A DNA stretch of 63,683 bases, filler included, from Reticulomyxa filosa (Eukaryota; Protista; Foraminifera): assembly GCA_000512085.1 (NCBI GenBank). It is 27 parts of 27 records of this genome, joined end to end, with 100 filler letters (N's around TTAATTAATTAA, not from the genome) between each part and the next. Parts side by side here need not be neighbours in the genome. Positions count along the whole stretch, not along the records: positions 1 to 1,328 come from ASPP01003861.1; positions 1,429 to 4,776 come from ASPP01019865.1; positions 4,877 to 6,392 come from ASPP01000252.1; positions 6,493 to 10,014 come from ASPP01028753.1; positions 10,115 to 11,670 come from ASPP01024500.1; positions 11,771 to 12,822 come from ASPP01034404.1; 21 more parts are not named here. One strand, 5' to 3'. The notes under the pieces are model-generated. The model did no database searches, was not told the origin of the DNA, and saw only the letters and a list, made by a program, of their open reading frames with translations. This document shows, in pieces, positions 1-11,809 of the stretch (its first letter is position 1; each line of letters begins with the position of its first letter). The translations under genes were made by a program, and so were the position numbers.

Positions 1-238
1 AATTAAATTAATTGAAAACTAAGTTGTTTCTGGCAAGTGGTGACAATAAAACACATCAATATTTATTTTTCATTTGATTGCGTCTTGAATATGGAATGTA
101 AAATTGGGGAAGCATTTAGGAGGTGTACTTGATGTTTGAACAGCCTGCTGCCCTAGACAATAAAAAGACTTGTTTTGTTTGGTTATATATATATATTTTT
201 TTGAATATTTCCTCCGAATATTTCCTCCGAGCGTTGAA

Positions 239-1328
239 ATGACGCAAGCTCCTAAAGATAAATCCAAGCAAGATGTGGTTAACCTTGTAAAAGAAATGGC
301 CTCAAGTAAGTAAAACTAAGAAACAGAAACACGAAGAGTTTTCTACACAAAAAAAAAAAAAAAAAAGGACGTGAAAAAAAAAAATACTACATAAGTGCAT
401 ATACGTAAATCTTTCATTCCCACAGGTTCATCAAAGGCCAAAACATGTGCGATTAAAGCCGGACTGGATATTGTGAATGTATCATGGGAAGATACAGCAA
501 GAAATAAGAAATCGAGTTGGGGACCGAACATATCAGATATGACATTGCAAGTGGGCAAGGCCAGAATGCCAGTGATTCGATACCCAAATTTCAGCGACAA
601 GACTTGGGATGTAAGAATGGAAAAGATTCCATTGGTGATAGGAAATGAGCAATTGATTGCACCAGATAATAGTAGTGACAAAAAGAAGACATTTAAGACA
701 ATAACGCTGAGTGAATATTTAAAAAAGTACCACGATTACATGTCGTATCCATTGCGAGATGGATCGGGTAAGATAATGGAAATGAACCTGTTTAATGAAA
801 AGGAGGATACACATGTGATCATGTCATCCCAGTGTTGCATGTTGCCAATAGCAAGTGGAGATAATGTAGAAGTCCCTTTCAATATATCCCTTTACAATTA
901 TCAAGTATCTCGGAACATTCCGTCGGTGCTGACTATTGTAAGCACAAGCAAGGGCACATCGGCACAGCTAATTCGATGTCGCAATCAAAAGCTGTTCTTC
1001 AACAAACATGGCATAAAAGCCGATTTCTTGGGACAGCGACTAACCGAACATCGCAAGATGAACAATACCGACGAAAAGAAGAATGAAGGTGAAATGACAA
1101 TTAAAGAAAAGCAACAGAGCGTCATTGCGATTATTCAAGTGCCGGTGCTTATGGATCAAAGCGAAATCATCCTTAAGGTTAAAACATTGACCGGCAAAGA
1201 TATGTCCATTTCTGTGTTCCCACACACTACCATTGCTGCAACCAAAGCATTGATTCAAGACAAAGAAGGCATTCCTCCAGAACAACAGAGACTTGTATTC
1301 GCTGGTAGACAACTGGATGACCATTTCA
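239..1328 (+). CDS. Protein with an unknown N-terminal domain followed by a ubiquitin-like domain (2 exons, 3' truncated)
   Basis: Exon 1 is 239-305 ([22 protein letters not shown]). The intron 306-425 (GTAAGT...CACAG) splices in frame to ORF 395..1384. The C-terminal part VKTLTGK...[21 protein letters not shown] is clearly ubiquitin-like. The N-terminal region carries the motif [22 protein letters not shown]. Confidence 0.85.
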
Positions 1329-1428
1329 NNNNNNNNNNNNNNNNNNNNNNNNNNNNNNNNNNNNNNNNNNNNTTAATTAATTAANNNNNNNNNNNNNNNN
1401 NNNNNNNNNNNNNNNNNNNNNNNNNNNN
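1329..1428. other. Artificial contig linker (N-run, TTAATTAATTAA, N-run); first of 26 copies
   Basis: The same 100-nt spacer, whose core gives stops in all six frames, starts at 1329, 4777, 6393, 10015, 11671, 12823, 14681, 16510, 17782, 19956, 21267, 26612, 30160, 32997, 34215, 38225, 41339, 43525, 45881, 47877, 49584, 51067, 53464, 55962, 59107 and 62012. Confidence 0.99.
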
Positions 1429-1433
1429 TAAAA

Positions 1434-1845
1434 ATGCTGATATTTCAATTCCACATCAAACTCAAGACCTCCTCACTGATTGGCGTGCCTGATATAGTCG
1501 TTCTTCCAAATGTTGGTGATGCCATTCAAAACAACAGTAATATCGCTCGCAAAGTGTTGACAAATAATTGTCTGCAGAGTCAGCAGAGAAGACATATGAA
1601 GTCGAAAAGATACTTGGTGATAGAGCTATATATCGACATGGAGTCAAGGAAAGCAATACCCAATTCGCTGGGTTGGATATAATCCAGTACACGATTCGTG
1701 GGAACCAGAACCTAATCTTCAGTGTGACGAATTATTGCAAAGCTACAAGTAACAGAAAACATTAATGCATAATTCGATTCCGTACTTGCAAAAAAAAATT
1801 TTTAAAACAGCATCATAAAATCGTTCTTGTGTATTGGTAAAATAA
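1434..1845 (-). repeat. Dispersed repeat block A (degenerate coding-derived), second copy at ~7790-8140
   Basis: Colinear similarity by eye, e.g. CCTGATATAGTCGTTCTTCCAAATG vs CCTGATATAGTTGTTCTTCCAAATG, and GTGACGAATTATTGCAAAG in both copies. Confidence 0.85.
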
Positions 1846-2139
1846 TATATTCTTATTCTCGTTCAAATAAATAAAAGCTGCAAAAATGGAGCTCAAAAAT
1901 GATAACCAGAGGAAATTCGAGAACAGGATCAATTCTATTTAATTAGACTCAATTTTATCTTTCTTTGGAACGTCTTTAGTACGCAAGTCCTTTTTTGTTG
2001 ATTTGTCAAAAAAAACAAAAAATCATGTTTCGCTTTTGTATAATAATAAAAGAATTTAACAGCAATAACAATATATTAAGCATTCACTTTGTTTGCGAGT
2101 ATCGTGAAAGTATATATACGTGCAAGAAACAACCTGATT

Positions 2140-3370
2140 TCAATTATTGTGTTGTGCTATTTTTTCCTGCAAATTACTGTAATTGAATACAGTTTGATGC
2201 CCACATTTGAATGTACCTGATCACGATATAGATTGATGATATTACCACTTTCATCATGCCTTTGATTCTTGTTCCTTATTTTCGATCATAAGGGCTTAAA
2301 ATAGAGTATTCTGGCATCTTCTTTAAAATATCTTTTTATTGCGCACATTCATTCTTTAATCATCATTCTTGTTATTGCCTTGCAGTCACGAAAAATCCAC
2401 ACACAAGACACAATATACAATAAGTTAGGCGTTTCAATGACATTACGATTGTCATTTCATCATTGTTGGCCTCTTCTATTTTCATTCGTATCTTTTTTTT
2501 TTAGTCTTGTTTTACTATTCATCTTCTTTCTCTCCTCTTTTTCTTCTTCTTTTTTTGAATTTCAGAGTCCTTTGTTCATTTTTATGGCCAAAGAACTTTA
2601 CATCTTCCCAACTTCCAATCACCAATATTACTGCCATGTGTGTTCTCATTGGTTTCATTGGATTCAGTCTACACTTCTTCCTCATTTTCTTTTTCTTTAT
2701 CGTCTTTTTTTCCTTTCTGTATACGTATCCTTTTTGTCGTCTATTCCCACATGACGGCAAGAGGATAGCACTAAAAGTTTTTTTGCAGGAATAGTGGCAA
2801 GAATCAATTCATATTTCGCATAGTCGACTGCTCTTTTGGAGCACTTATTGCTTTTTTTCTTAGCACCAACTCTGAACAATAGAATAGAGCAAAATTAGTC
2901 TATTGCATATTGTCACTTGCAATTAATTCCAGTTATCAGTTTTTTCAAAGACACAAATGAAAACCAAATCGAATCTATATGATATTTTCGACTTTCTTTT
3001 AGATTTAAAATATCAAAATTCAAAAATTTTTTGCGATGAACATAATTGGATAAGAAAGCAGGTGCTGGACAATTGAGAATATGAAATTATCATTCCAAAA
3101 AAATATCAAAAGGAAATACAATTCACACAAACGACAGAAAAATTTGATGCAAGTATAAAATACTTGCAATATATGCCACAAACTTGACGTTGTTTGAACT
3201 CCGCTTCCCACTTGCTTGCTGGCACCGCAATCACCATAACCACTTTCCAATTGCCTAATAGACAGGTATTGTATTCTTTTGAGGCCTACGTATGTATTGA
3301 TCAAATATATTTCAATTATTTTCCAATCCATTATTATAAGAAAACATTATAACTTGGAACATAGGTTGCA
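2140..3370 (-). repeat. Dispersed repeat block B, second copy at ~8900-10000
   Basis: Shared colinear strings with indels: GGCCAAAGAACTT, GAATAGTGGCAAGAATC, AGTCTATTGCATATTG, ATAGACAGGTATTG, TTATAACTTGGAA. Confidence 0.85.
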
Positions 3371-4745
3371 CATTTAAAAAAAAATTGAAGATCAATATCA
3401 TGTAAATTATACGTCATTCAAAGCGCAATACCATGACCTATGTTCGATGTACGCCGTCACTAAAGTTGGCATTTGTTCAATGATGAACAAATTAATTTTA
3501 TTGAAACATCTTTGCAGCAGACAAACACCAGAATCTTACCTTTACAATTTCATTTTAGAAATTACATGCTTCATACAATTCCAAAATATCAGTAGCTATT
3601 GACGATTCATATTTGTTATTTGTCTTTGCTTTTGCTTTGATGTTCAAGAAATGGTTTGACACAATTTTGAAACAAAAGTCTGCCAATTAATTGATTACCC
3701 TTGATGTCTTGATGTGCAAAATGGAAGCCATCAAAAGATCAAACATCATCTTTGGTAAGGTGGTCATGTTTTAAAATTGTTATAAGATACTTTTACATTC
3801 AAATCGAATACAGCGAAGGCGTATGGGTATTTATTACGATTGCCAATCTCTGATCTGATATAATTGCTTACTGAATTTCTGTGTGTAATAAATTGTTTTC
3901 ATTGGTACGGCGAAGGCTTGATTTCGGATGATAGCATGGAGTCTCGAACTCTACCGGCGTATTGCAATGGCGTGAAGAAGCCATGACAGAGAATGAAACA
4001 CTCCCTACGCATGATATTGTCATTTGACGGTCCATACGGAAAGGCAAGTGTTTCAAACGCATTGACCAAAGTTTCATATGAATACTGAAAAAAAAGAGGA
4101 ACGGATATGTTCGTATTGTTTTGGTGGCAAGCGTTTTTAGTTTCTTTTCAATCTGTCCTCTCGACAGCTGCGTCACTTTATTTTATTTTATTTTGTATTG
4201 TGTTTGCCAAGTGGCATCAACACCATTTAAAGTGAGTGTCTCAGTCGCCAACAACTCGATCAATATTTTTCGCTTGATTTTTGCATTGTCATTTATCTGA
4301 ATCATTCATTTCCTATATGCTTGTTGGAGGTATATCTTTTTTTAGTTTTTCTCCACAATGGTCCAAATACGATCGACGACATGGATTGACACACGCTCGA
4401 ACTTTAAAATGAGATGTGTGTTAAAATACCAATTATATTCACTTATCCAATTCGACAACGTTTTTTTGTTGATCTCTTTCACATCTTGGTCATCCCCAAG
4501 CAAAGCAAAAGGTGTATACGTTGTGATGACAACATAGCAAAAAAGTAAAAAAAGAAAAAATAATAATGATATATTTTTAAAAAAGTGTTTAACTCGTTGT
4601 TGTAAATCTCTTGACAATCGCTCACTTCTAGAAATATTCCTTCATTGTGGTTGTCGTTTGACAATTATCTATCTTGTGACAAATAAGCCATGGTAACCTT
4701 TCATGGTTGGATTCGTCTTTCCCGATGTATTTGATTACATCTTAT
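3020..4745 (-). pseudogene. Degenerate fragment of a large protein gene, weakly resembling the C-terminal region of RNF213-like proteins
   Basis: Frameshifted, stop-interrupted peptides in order: DVIKYIGKDESNHERLPWLICHKI; LSNWISEYNWYFNTHL; NKYPYAFAVF; DWKIIEIYLINTY. The family assignment comes only from recalled motif order. Confidence 0.3.
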
Positions 4746-5099
4746 AAAAAGTCAACACATTTTTTTTTTTTTTTTTNNNNNNNNNNNNNNNNNNNNNNNN
4801 NNNNNNNNNNNNNNNNNNNNTTAATTAATTAANNNNNNNNNNNNNNNNNNNNNNNNNNNNNNNNNNNNNNNNNNNNATTCACATTTGCAGATCAATCGAA
4901 CATTGTCGTAAATCAAAAAACTCCAATCAAATTGTCAAGATACCTTCAAAAAAATATTGGTAAACCATATGAACAATTATTGAAAATGACGTATACGTCC
5001 ACGATCGCAAAGGCTAACAAATTAGTGTTACGCCTTAACAGAAACAGTAATGTGGATAAAGTTCAAGACACTGTGAATGATATTAATTAATGCAGCAGT

Positions 5100-5340
5100 A
5101 TCATTTGTCATATGTCAGATAGCAAATTCAAGACGAAAGAAGTTGTTGTGAAAGGAATTTGTCCTGAAGAAGATATTACTGATATTCAATCAGAATTGGA
5201 GAATGAAGGTCATGAGATTAGAACAGTTTATCGTTCGAAGAAATCGCAAGCAGTCATTCATATACATTACAAGATCAAGCCAAGTGAAGAAACATGCGAA
5301 ATTGCATATTGGTTTCATCTATGCGACTATTAAAATAATA
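5100..5340 (+). mobile_element. Non-LTR retrotransposon ORF1 (gag-like) fragment
   Basis: VVVKGICPEEDITDIQSELENEGHEIRTVYR resembles the pre-zinc-knuckle region of LINE ORF1 proteins. It is interrupted by stops. Confidence 0.55.
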
Positions 5341-5539
5341 AAGAATATCAAAATGTTGTTGATGAGAAACAACATAAAAATGAAAATACAGCAATAAAAT
5401 TGGATAGATTAACATTCCAAGAATCATTTACGAAACACAATGACATTCAAATAAAGACTTCACCTAAGTGCTCAACAGTCTCTTCTTCCTCACACCAAAT
5501 AAATCAGAATGACAAAATTTCATCTGATGTTGATTTATT

Positions 5540-6040
5540 TGATTGTGTCATCATTGCAATTTGCATTGGTGGAATATTTGGTATTGAATGTGAATCTGTC
5601 AGCATCAGCTTCATTGATGCATCAACGGGATAATGTCGATTCCATGAGATATAATTTAAATTACCATCTGGGAAATAACAGTTCATTACACCAAGAATTC
5701 TACACATTGCAATTCTTTGTGTCCGCTGCACCATTCCAAAATGCTGACGAATGATGATCTTGTATAATAGATTATATGGATGAACTTGGTCTGATACCTT
5801 TGTAGTAACATCTTACATTTATTCGACCAAATGGATACTTCATCCAGACTTTGCTGCAATGATCGCAATTGATCACTCATTTTAAGTCGATCTGATAAGA
5901 AACTATCAATCCACATAATCTTCCATCTAATTTAAACTCATTTCTCATTTTATATCTCAACCCATTTCTCCATACGCTGCAGATATATCTAATAACACTG
6001 CATAAGTCACTGAATTGCAATCGAATGACTTGTGGATCGT
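5540..6040 (-). mobile_element. Internally deleted LINE reverse transcriptase fragment
   Basis: Peptides SVWRNGLRYKM, WIDSFLSDR and LQQSLDEVSIWSNK. Nucleotide similarity to 38325-38690. Confidence 0.8.
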
Positions 6041-6492
6041 CTAAGTCAATCTCAATAACAGCCCATCTGAATGCTTGTATATTAAATTGATCACACTTGA
6101 ACCTGCTCGCTTCATCCTCAACTTGCACTTCTTTTTGCCCTCTCTACCTGCACAAAACTCAGGTCTTTCAAGTTAAGAGAGCACCTCGTTCTAAGAAATA
6201 GAACACAGTACTCAAAAGAAAACACAAAAACACCAGAAAGACCATGCAAAAATAGTTAAAGAAAAACAATAAGTTGAGATTGAAATTTGCTTGAAAAACT
6301 TGAAAAAAAAAATCCTTCTTGGTATCGACAGGGACAGTACATTGATATCTGCGACGTAATTCTTGATACCGCAAACATTCCATCAGGAAATGNNNNNNNN
6401 NNNNNNNNNNNNNNNNNNNNNNNNNNNNNNNNNNNNTTAATTAATTAANNNNNNNNNNNNNNNNNNNNNNNNNNNNNNNNNNNNNNNNNNNN

Positions 6493-7345
6493 ACTGAGAT
6501 CAGTGCCACAAATCAACCTCAACAAATGAACACATTCTATAATCACTTACAAACAAGCCTGTTTCTAAACAAAAACAAAGACAGTGAAAGAAAAAATGAT
6601 AGCACTTCCATTGGTCCAATCGACAACATTGACAAAAGGGCACAGAAGAAGAAAGTACATTTATTTTTTTTTTTGTAAAAAAAAAAATAGATTGAAGTGA
6701 CGATATTTTTTGCTGACTGTGTAAAATCTGGTGACTATGAAAAAAAAATGGGGGTGAAACCCTTTAGGAAAAACAGAAACGGGTAATGAGCAATCAGCAA
6801 CGAATTGGTTGTTTGATCAAATATCATCATGTGGAGACGACGCAATGGATTTGGCAACGGTCCATATCCGTGTTCGTGTGGACAAGAGATAAAAGGAGAA
6901 AGCGTGGTTCGGTACATAATAGAATCGAAGGATGAGAATCTGATGGAATCGTTGCGACATGATTTGATTGTGGACAGTGGAATAAAAATGTAAGAGATTA
7001 CAGTAGTGTGAATGCGTTAGCAAAAGATGTTGAGAAATCGATACAAATCAATTGAGGCAAATATTTGCATTCGCTTGGAACACATATGAATATCCAAACA
7101 TGGATAATGTTCCGAATCGAAAGAATGTTCCTGGAAGTGGCAGTGATAGTAGTAGTGGTGGTAATGATAATAATGGTGATGATGGGAGCAGCAGCGACAT
7201 GACAATGCATACCTTTCACAAAATGATGCACCGTCTCATTCCAATTACGCCGGAGATGCAGCAGATGCAATTTGCATATCGCATGGGACATCAGATGGGA
7301 TCATTGGAAGGCTTTCACATCGGATGCCATTACATACTGCAATAG
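6493..7345 (+). pseudogene. Degenerate multi-exon hypothetical gene fragment
   Basis: Open exon 6493-6654, a 36-nt GT..AG intron at 6655-6690, then protein-like sequence broken by frameshifts and stops. Confidence 0.4.
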
Positions 7346-7789
7346 CAATGGCAGTCGGCTTGCTCTGCAAGACAGTCCTCCTCTCCCCCGATTCAGACAC
7401 ATCCGATTGATTTTTCCAAAAATAGAGAACTGGACATTGCGCAATTGAATTATTACCGATTGAAAGTTTTGAAGACTGCGTTTGAGTGAGTTATATTGGA
7501 ACAGGGAAGGGAGGGAGAGACAGGAAAAATCAACGGAAGTTACATTGTTGTTCTTGTATTGGCCTGACAAAAGAAACAAAAAAGAAAACCTTGCTGCGTG
7601 GCTTCGAGTTTACGAAACTTCGTTATTATTTTACAAATGATTGAAACACCAGTGAACATGCTACTTCAAATCCAAATGAAAATCAAGATAAACATAACAA
7701 TACAAAAAAAAGTAAAAAGAAAAGAAAAAAACAACAAAATCCATGAAAAGGAAAGCGAAAGAAAAAAAAACAAAAAGAATAAAAATACT

Positions 7790-8140
7790 AATTTTCAATC
7801 ATCAACTTCAAGACCCCCACTGATTGACGCAAGCCTGATATAGTTGTTCTTCCAAATGCTAGTGATATCACTCAAACAACAGCGATGTTGCTCGCAAAGT
7901 GTTGGCAAATAATTGCCTGAAGTCAAAAAAGGAGACTATGAGGCCGAAATACTTGGTGATAGAGCTATGGTTGGTATGATTCAATACACAATTGGTGGGA
8001 GCTAGAATCTAATCTCCAGTGACGAATTATTGCAAAGTTACAAGCAACAGAAAAACGTTAATGCATAACCCGATCCCATACTTGTAAAAAAAATTATTAA
8101 AACGGCATCATACAATCGTTTTTGTGTATTGATAAAATCA
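7790..8140 (-). repeat. Dispersed repeat block A, copy 2
   Basis: Colinear with 1434-1845. Confidence 0.85.
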
Positions 8141-8899
8141 TGTCTGGAACTCTCTTTAAAAGAACACATTAGCTCCAAAAAAAGAACTACTTGCTTATTA
8201 ACTTCATATCGATTTTCTAAATAGAATGTTGTAAAAATTATTGATTAAAGATTTCTTCCTTTAATACTACAATGTGTCTTTCAACACCTTATTTTGGACA
8301 GTCAAAAATGCTAATGAATTTGCGCTCAATTGGCTTAACACTTGAGAAAAATATTGTACTATCAGAGAAAATAAATGAATCTAGCTTTTGAATGTTCTAA
8401 AATCAATTTAAATGACAGAGCAAAGCTAGATTTTTCAAAAATCGGTCTTTAATAAATTATTTTAGTTAAGGAAAGAAAAACCTCCACTATGTGGAATTTT
8501 ACGTTAAATAATATCAACACAAAGATTGATAAACGTCACCAATTGTAGTATTTCGAGTTAGGCACTCCATTCGGAAGTTTACTGGTCAAAAATGCAAATA
8601 CACTCGAGTTAAGAAATGGCATGTGAAAAATGTGTAATTCTATAGTGTATACCAGACCAACCCAATATACTCCATTCAAATAGAACAAGTGACAAAATCT
8701 ATATTACAAGGCTCAACTACCCAAAAGTAATCTTATCAATGCTAAGTGCAATGGTGTCAGCTTCGGACACAACGAAACTCCCAAGGGGTCGTAACTTTCT
8801 TTTTCAAAATGGGTTCAATACCAAACCATTTTTTGTGATAACATAGCCAAACCAGAATAGTACCACCAAGACAGCCAAAGAAAAAATAAAAAGTTGTCA

Positions 8900-10000
8900 T
8901 ATGATATTTTTTCCTGCAACACTGTAATCGAAATATAGTTTGATCAACATTTGAATGTGATCCCATCACGATACAGATTAATGCTATTACCACTTCATCA
9001 TGCTTTTGATTCTTTTTGTTTTTTAATCATAAAAACTTAAAATAGAATATTCTGGTATCTTTCGTTCTAATTAGTATCATTTTTTTTTTACTATTCACAT
9101 TTTCATCATCTTCTTTTTTCTGCTCTTTCTTGAAGTCCTTTGTTAATTTTCACGGCCAAAGAACTTGCACATCTTTCTAACTTCCAATCGCTAATATTAC
9201 TGCCATTTTTGTTCATTGGCTGCATTGGATCCAGGCCCTACTTCTTCCTCCTTTTCTTTTCTTTCTAACAGTTGTCTTTATCATCTTCTTGTTCCTTTTG
9301 TTATACGTATTCTTCTTGTCATCTACTCCTACATGACAAGATGATACTACTCGAGGTCTTTTTCCGAAATAGTGGCAAGAATCGATTCATATTTCGCACA
9401 GTTGACGCTTACGCGTTACCCTTTTGGAGCACTTTTGTGAATTGAACTAATCTAGTGTATTTTTTTTTTTGGCACCAGCTCTAAACAATAGAAGAAAGCA
9501 AAATCAGTCTATTGCATATTGCCACTGCAATTAATTTCAGTTATCAGTTTATTCAAAGACAAAAATGAAAACTAGATGAATAAAATCGATATATTTACGT
9601 ATTTTCGACCTTCTTTTATATTTAAAGTGTTAAAATTCAGAAATTTTTGCGATGAGTATAATTTAATTAAGATAACAGTGAGCTGGAGACCTGGCTTGAC
9701 TTCATTAAAAAAAAATGTACAAACAAACGACAGTTCACACACAAAGAAATTTAACCAAAAAACTTGAGCCAAGTGTCAAACACTTGCGATCAAACATGCC
9801 AACAACTTGGCGTTACTCAAATTTCACTTCGCACTTGCTTACTGGCACAGCAACAACTACAGCTACTTTCCAATTACTCGATAGACAGGTATTGGATTCT
9901 TTGAAGATCTATTTTATATAAGCGTGTGTTGATCATATATGTTTCAACTATTCTCCAATCACACAATAAGAAAATATTATAACTTGGAATATAGGTTGCG
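8900..10000 (-). repeat. Dispersed repeat block B, copy 2
   Basis: Colinear with 2140-3370. Confidence 0.85.
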
Positions 10001-10114
10001 CACATAATCACCATNNNNNNNNNNNNNNNNNNNNNNNNNNNNNNNNNNNNNNNNNNNNTTAATTAATTAANNNNNNNNNNNNNNNNNNNNNNNNNNNNNN
10101 NNNNNNNNNNNNNN

Positions 10115-10840
10115 GATTTTGAAATCAAATTTGGAAGAGAACAAAAATTATGGAGTAATTTCACTAATGAATTTCAATCGATGGTGGACAGAGAAAAAAG
10201 TGATGTGTTTCATATAATGTGGAAAATAAGACAACCCACTCTAATTTCCACCACTGACAATCTCATTGATGTATTTGAACAGACAGATCTGGCTTGAAAT
10301 AAATTAATATCCAAAATCAAAACAATACATTGCAATAGTGATTTCAGCCATACAAGAAAATAAAATGGACTATTAAAAAACGCACCATGATAATTTAAAA
10401 TGTTGCAAAATTTTGTATATATGTATATATCATTGCTCAATCGGAACAAAAAAAAGGACAAAGCATCCATAAAAGATACGTCAGAATGGTATTTGAAATG
10501 CAAATATTTCAAATAAAAAAGATGTTTTGGAACCCATTTGCAATAATGAGAAACAAATCCAAGCTTTGGCAACCGATGGGATTTGTACAGATCAATCACA
10601 ATTTGAATTTACAGGTCAAATATGGATGAAAAGTTTCGTCAATTGATTAGCGCATTGCGTGAAATCAATCAAACAATGAAAAAGATAATCTGGGATATCA
10701 AATTTCAATCGAGTTATGATTTGGCAAAGGCAATACTCACATTCCTTGAACAAAGCAATAATTTGGCAAAGTGTTTGAACATGGATTTTAAAGAACTTTT
10801 TCATTTGGTGAAGGAAGGTGATCAATTGTCAGCTAATTAA
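10115..10840 (+). pseudogene. Degenerate fragment of a helical hypothetical protein
   Basis: Protein-like stretches (KLWSNFTNEFQSMVDREKSDVFHIMWK; MDEKFRQLISALREINQTMKKIIWDIKFQSSYDLAKAIL) separated by stops and frameshifts. Confidence 0.4.
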
Positions 10841-11809
10841 AGCAGAGAATTCTTGTAATTGAAATGGCACAAGCATATCTCTAATTTCCAAATCACCACA
10901 AGCTCGTCGATTTGCTTGCTCCAAGACTCCCATTAACTTTGGGCCATCATTAAATCAACTTCACTTCTGTTAATGATACTAATGGATAGTATTTTTCATA
11001 TACTATTATTATCCTCTTGTAATTATATGTTTCATTCAATCAATTGTTTTATTTTAATAGAAATGACCATTATTATTTCAAAAGAAAAATCATATTTTTT
11101 TTGATAAGTTTTCTTTCATAGAGATTCCTTTTGATCTCCAAAGACCAATGTATAAACACGTACAAGTAAATTGTATTTATAAAGTAAAATTTGCTTGCTT
11201 TGAGTCAATTCAATTGTTTCTTTGTTTTCTTTTCCAGTAGTGTTTGCAATTCCTCATGTTTTTCTAACAAACAAATTTTGTCTTTAAATACCTTTTGCGA
11301 ACGAGACACAAAGCAAAACTTATTTTGTTATGCTTCCTCCAAGTATACACAAAATAGAAAATCACATTGTATGAAGTTTTTTTTTTTGCAAGCGTTGAAA
11401 CAAATTACATAGCAAAGCTACTTGTCGTAGTAATAGATTTGCAATAAGAGATTAAGATTTGAAAATGCGTAAAACGCACTGCAGAGTTTAAAAAGAGGAA
11501 AGAAAGGAAAAAAGTAGAAGTCGTAGAAGAATTAGAAAAAAAAGGTACATTTATCCTATTATGAATTTTTTTTTGTTTGAAAAAGGATTGTTGCAAATCA
11601 GTTGTATTCAGAGAAATGATAATAAACGCTCTTCACTTTTTTGGATTTAAAAGTAGAAAGGGACACTTCANNNNNNNNNNNNNNNNNNNNNNNNNNNNNN
11701 NNNNNNNNNNNNNNTTAATTAATTAANNNNNNNNNNNNNNNNNNNNNNNNNNNNNNNNNNNNNNNNNNNNAAAAAACAAAAAAACAAAACAAATATTTTA
11801 CCTTTGATT

